Source: Narcine bancroftii
Lineage: Eukaryota
NCBI RefSeq assembly: GCF_036971445.1
Contig: NC_091474.1
Span: 9,486,001-9,550,000, forward strand
DNA: 64,000 nt
Direction: 5' to 3'
In this document: piece after piece, positions 61,390 to 64,000 of the stretch
How the letters are laid out: every line of letters begins with the position of its first letter
How positions within the stretch are numbered: the stretch's first letter is position 1
Translations under genes and position numbers: made by a program
The notes under the pieces: generated by a model
Told to the model about the DNA's origin: nothing
The model's input: the letters and a program-made list of their open reading frames with translations, nothing else
The model's database searches: none

Positions 61390-63085
61390 AATCATCAACA
61401 TGGATTAATGACAGGAAAATCATTTCAGACAAATCTGTCAACATTTTTTGAGGTTATAACCAGCAGAATACCTCAGTACAAAGCAGTGCATGTGTAGTAT
61501 TTGGCCATGAAGGACATGATTTTTTTTTAATGGTGAACAGGAATTGAGAATTATTTAACAGATAGAAAACAGAAAGAATAAATGGGTCATTTTGGGATTG
61601 GAATGCTGTGATCAGTGGGATGCTGCAGGAATTGGCACTAGGGTTGGAGCTCAGTAGTTTAGGTGAGCAGGCCAAGGAATGCAAATGGAATGTAACTCAG
61701 ACAAGTTCAAGGTGCTGCACTTGTTAAAACAGGCAGAATTTACAAGGGGAATGATAGAACCCTGTAGAGTGTTAAAGAATAAAGAGATTTGGGGGTACAA
61801 CCACATAGTTACATGAATTGAGATGCAGGTAGACACAATTGTGAAGAAGACACTTGGCATGCTTGCCTTCATTGGGCAGGGCATTAAATGCAGAAGCAGA
61901 CAGACATGTTACAATGTACAGAATATTGGCGACACTGCAGTTGGAGCATTTTTTGTAATTTTAATCTGTTTTAATATATCTACAGGAAATATAATATTAA
62001 ACTGGAAATAATGGAGAAAAAATTCATGAGAATCTTGAATTACAAGAAGAAATTGAATAGGCTAGGACCTTTCTCCACAGCATCAGAGACTTATTGGTTT
62101 ATAAAATCATGAGGGGCATAGGGAAGATAAATAGGCAGAATTTTTTTCCAGGGTAGGGGAATTTAAAACTGAAGAGCATAGATTTAAGGAGAGAGGAGAA
62201 AGATTTAAAAAGGATCTGAGGGGTATCTTCTTCACACAGAGGGTGGTCGGTATATGAAATAAGCTGCCAGAAGAAGTGGTAGAAGCAGAAGCAATTGTAA
62301 TGTTTATAAGACATTTTGACTGTTACTTGGAGAAGAAACATTCAGAGTGAACACAGTCAAATGGCACAATGGAAGAAAATAATTTGAATAGTGAAGAATA
62401 TTTTAAGTGGTGAGAGATTGAAAGTTATTGGTGGTATGATGATCTTGGGGTCCTTTTACGTAATTCACTGAAAAATAGTATGCATAATCAAAAAGCATTT
62501 GATAAAGCAAAGGATACATTGGCTTTTTGTGCAAGAGGAGTTGAGTGCAAAAGTAGAAACAGCCTGCTCCAATAATATGGAAACGAGGTAAGATTGGATT
62601 TGGAATATTGCACACAGGTTTGGGTTTTTGCAACCCAATGATAAAGGGTGTACAGTGAAACTTTAACAGATTGATTCCAAAGATGACAGGGTGAGTAAGT
62701 TGACTAGACATGTAGTGTAGAAAGATTAGAGGTTATTCCACTGACATGTCTAAAAGGGCTTGACAGGGTAGATATCGGAATCATGTTTCCTTTGGCTGGG
62801 AGGTCTAGAAACATAAGTCATAGTCTCAAAATAACGTATTCAAGATACTAGTGAGAAGAAATCTCTTCACCCAGGTTGTAGTGAATCTTTGGAAATTTTG
62901 ACTGCAGTGGGCTTTGGAGGCTAGGAAAGTGGATACATTCAAGAGAAGGATCAGCACTTAGATAGTATGGAATATAGAGATGATGTAGGAAGATAATGGT
63001 AAAAAGTAAAAGATCAACATCATTTTTTTCCAATGATGGAACAGAAATCAGAGGGTGAATGATTCACCCCTGCTTCTATTTTTTG
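61390..63085 (+). mobile_element. Old CR1 LINE fragments (two tandem remnants)
   Basis: Remnants of VDTIVKK..GMLAFI, GVPQG-like and FFTQRVV motifs. Confidence 0.65.
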
Positions 63086-63194
63086 AATTCCTAGGATGCA
63101 CCATTTTCAGTGTCAAGCAGCTGAAGAACAAATAGCTCATTGTGATGGGATTTGTTGAAGAAAGAAATATCAGCCTGTAATGTGATAGCATTCC

Positions 63195-64000
63195 TGTTCA
63201 CGCTACTGACTCACAACTGCGTTGCCAGATCCAGCTCCAACCATGTCATCAAGTTTGTAGATGATGCAACAGTAGTTGGCCTCACTATAGAGAATAGGCT
63301 GAAAATCTTGTGATATGGTGCAAAAGTAACAACCTGAGTCTCATCATGGACAAGACAAAGGAGATGGTCATGGACTCTAGGAGGACTAGGAACAACCACC
63401 CTCCACTACATATCAACAATTCTGTAATGGAGAGAGTGGAGAGCATCAAGTTCCTTGGAGTATACTTAACTAGTGACCTATTGTGGATACACAACTTTTC
63501 CTCACTTGTCAGGAAGGCGCAACAGTGACTGCACTTCCTGAGAAGACTGAAGCACGCAAGGCTACGGGCCACCATTATGTCAACCTTCTATGAAAGCTAG
63601 ATTGAGAGAGAACTGACCAGCTCCACCAGTGTAGTACAGTTGCTGCAGAGAAATGGATCGCTGGTCAATCCAGAGGACCCATAAGAGTGGCAGACAGGAT
63701 CACTGGAATCTCCCTCCCCCCAATGGACATGATCTACTGGGATCATTGTCTGAAGATGACACACAAAATCATTGAGAAACTTTTCACCCTTCGCACAGCA
63801 TCTTTCAGCTGCTCCCAATGGGAAAGATTCAGGAGTATCAGAGCAGCACCACCAGGCTGAGGAACAGCTTCTTCCCACAGGGAGTAAAAATGCTGAATGA
63901 CTAAAGGAACTGTTCACATTAACCCTTTGAGACTCTCATATTTATGAAACAATATTTATTTATTTTTATGAATAATTGTCATGCATATGTATTTTTTTGT
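63195..64000 (+). mobile_element. Rex1/Babar-like LINE 3' portion
   Basis: Motifs KFVDDATVVGL, NNLSLIMDKTKEMVMD, VESIKFLG and LRNSFFP. Confidence 0.8.

Overview
Repeat-rich eukaryotic genomic DNA, vertebrate and most likely a cartilaginous fish such as a ray (inferred from the ZBTB46 sequence and the repeat families). The only host gene I can support is ZBTB46 on the minus strand. Its large BTB-encoding first coding exon lies at 16094-17073, with the ATG at 17045. A CpG island at about 37520-38580 holds the likely promoter and non-coding exon 1. The zinc-finger exons are not visible and presumably lie before position 1. Most of the rest is transposable elements: four young RTE LINE copies, degraded L1, CR1 and Rex1/Babar-like LINEs, hAT-Charlie-type and Tc1/pogo-type MITEs, Penelope-derived repeats with hammerhead-like relics, two decayed Gypsy elements, a solo LTR, a small Helitron and a bipartite RTE-derived element. 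The most unusual structures are: (i) a ~150-175 bp inverted repeat bracketing the ZBTB46 promoter together with an alternating 80/72-bp minisatellite; (ii) a compound templated insertion of a 501-bp local copy, (TTAGGG)3 and a 22-bp local copy; (iii) several other short local duplications; and (iv) a 10x27-bp CCAAT-box minisatellite derived from a LINE RT motif. I find no clear evidence for a novel protein-coding system.
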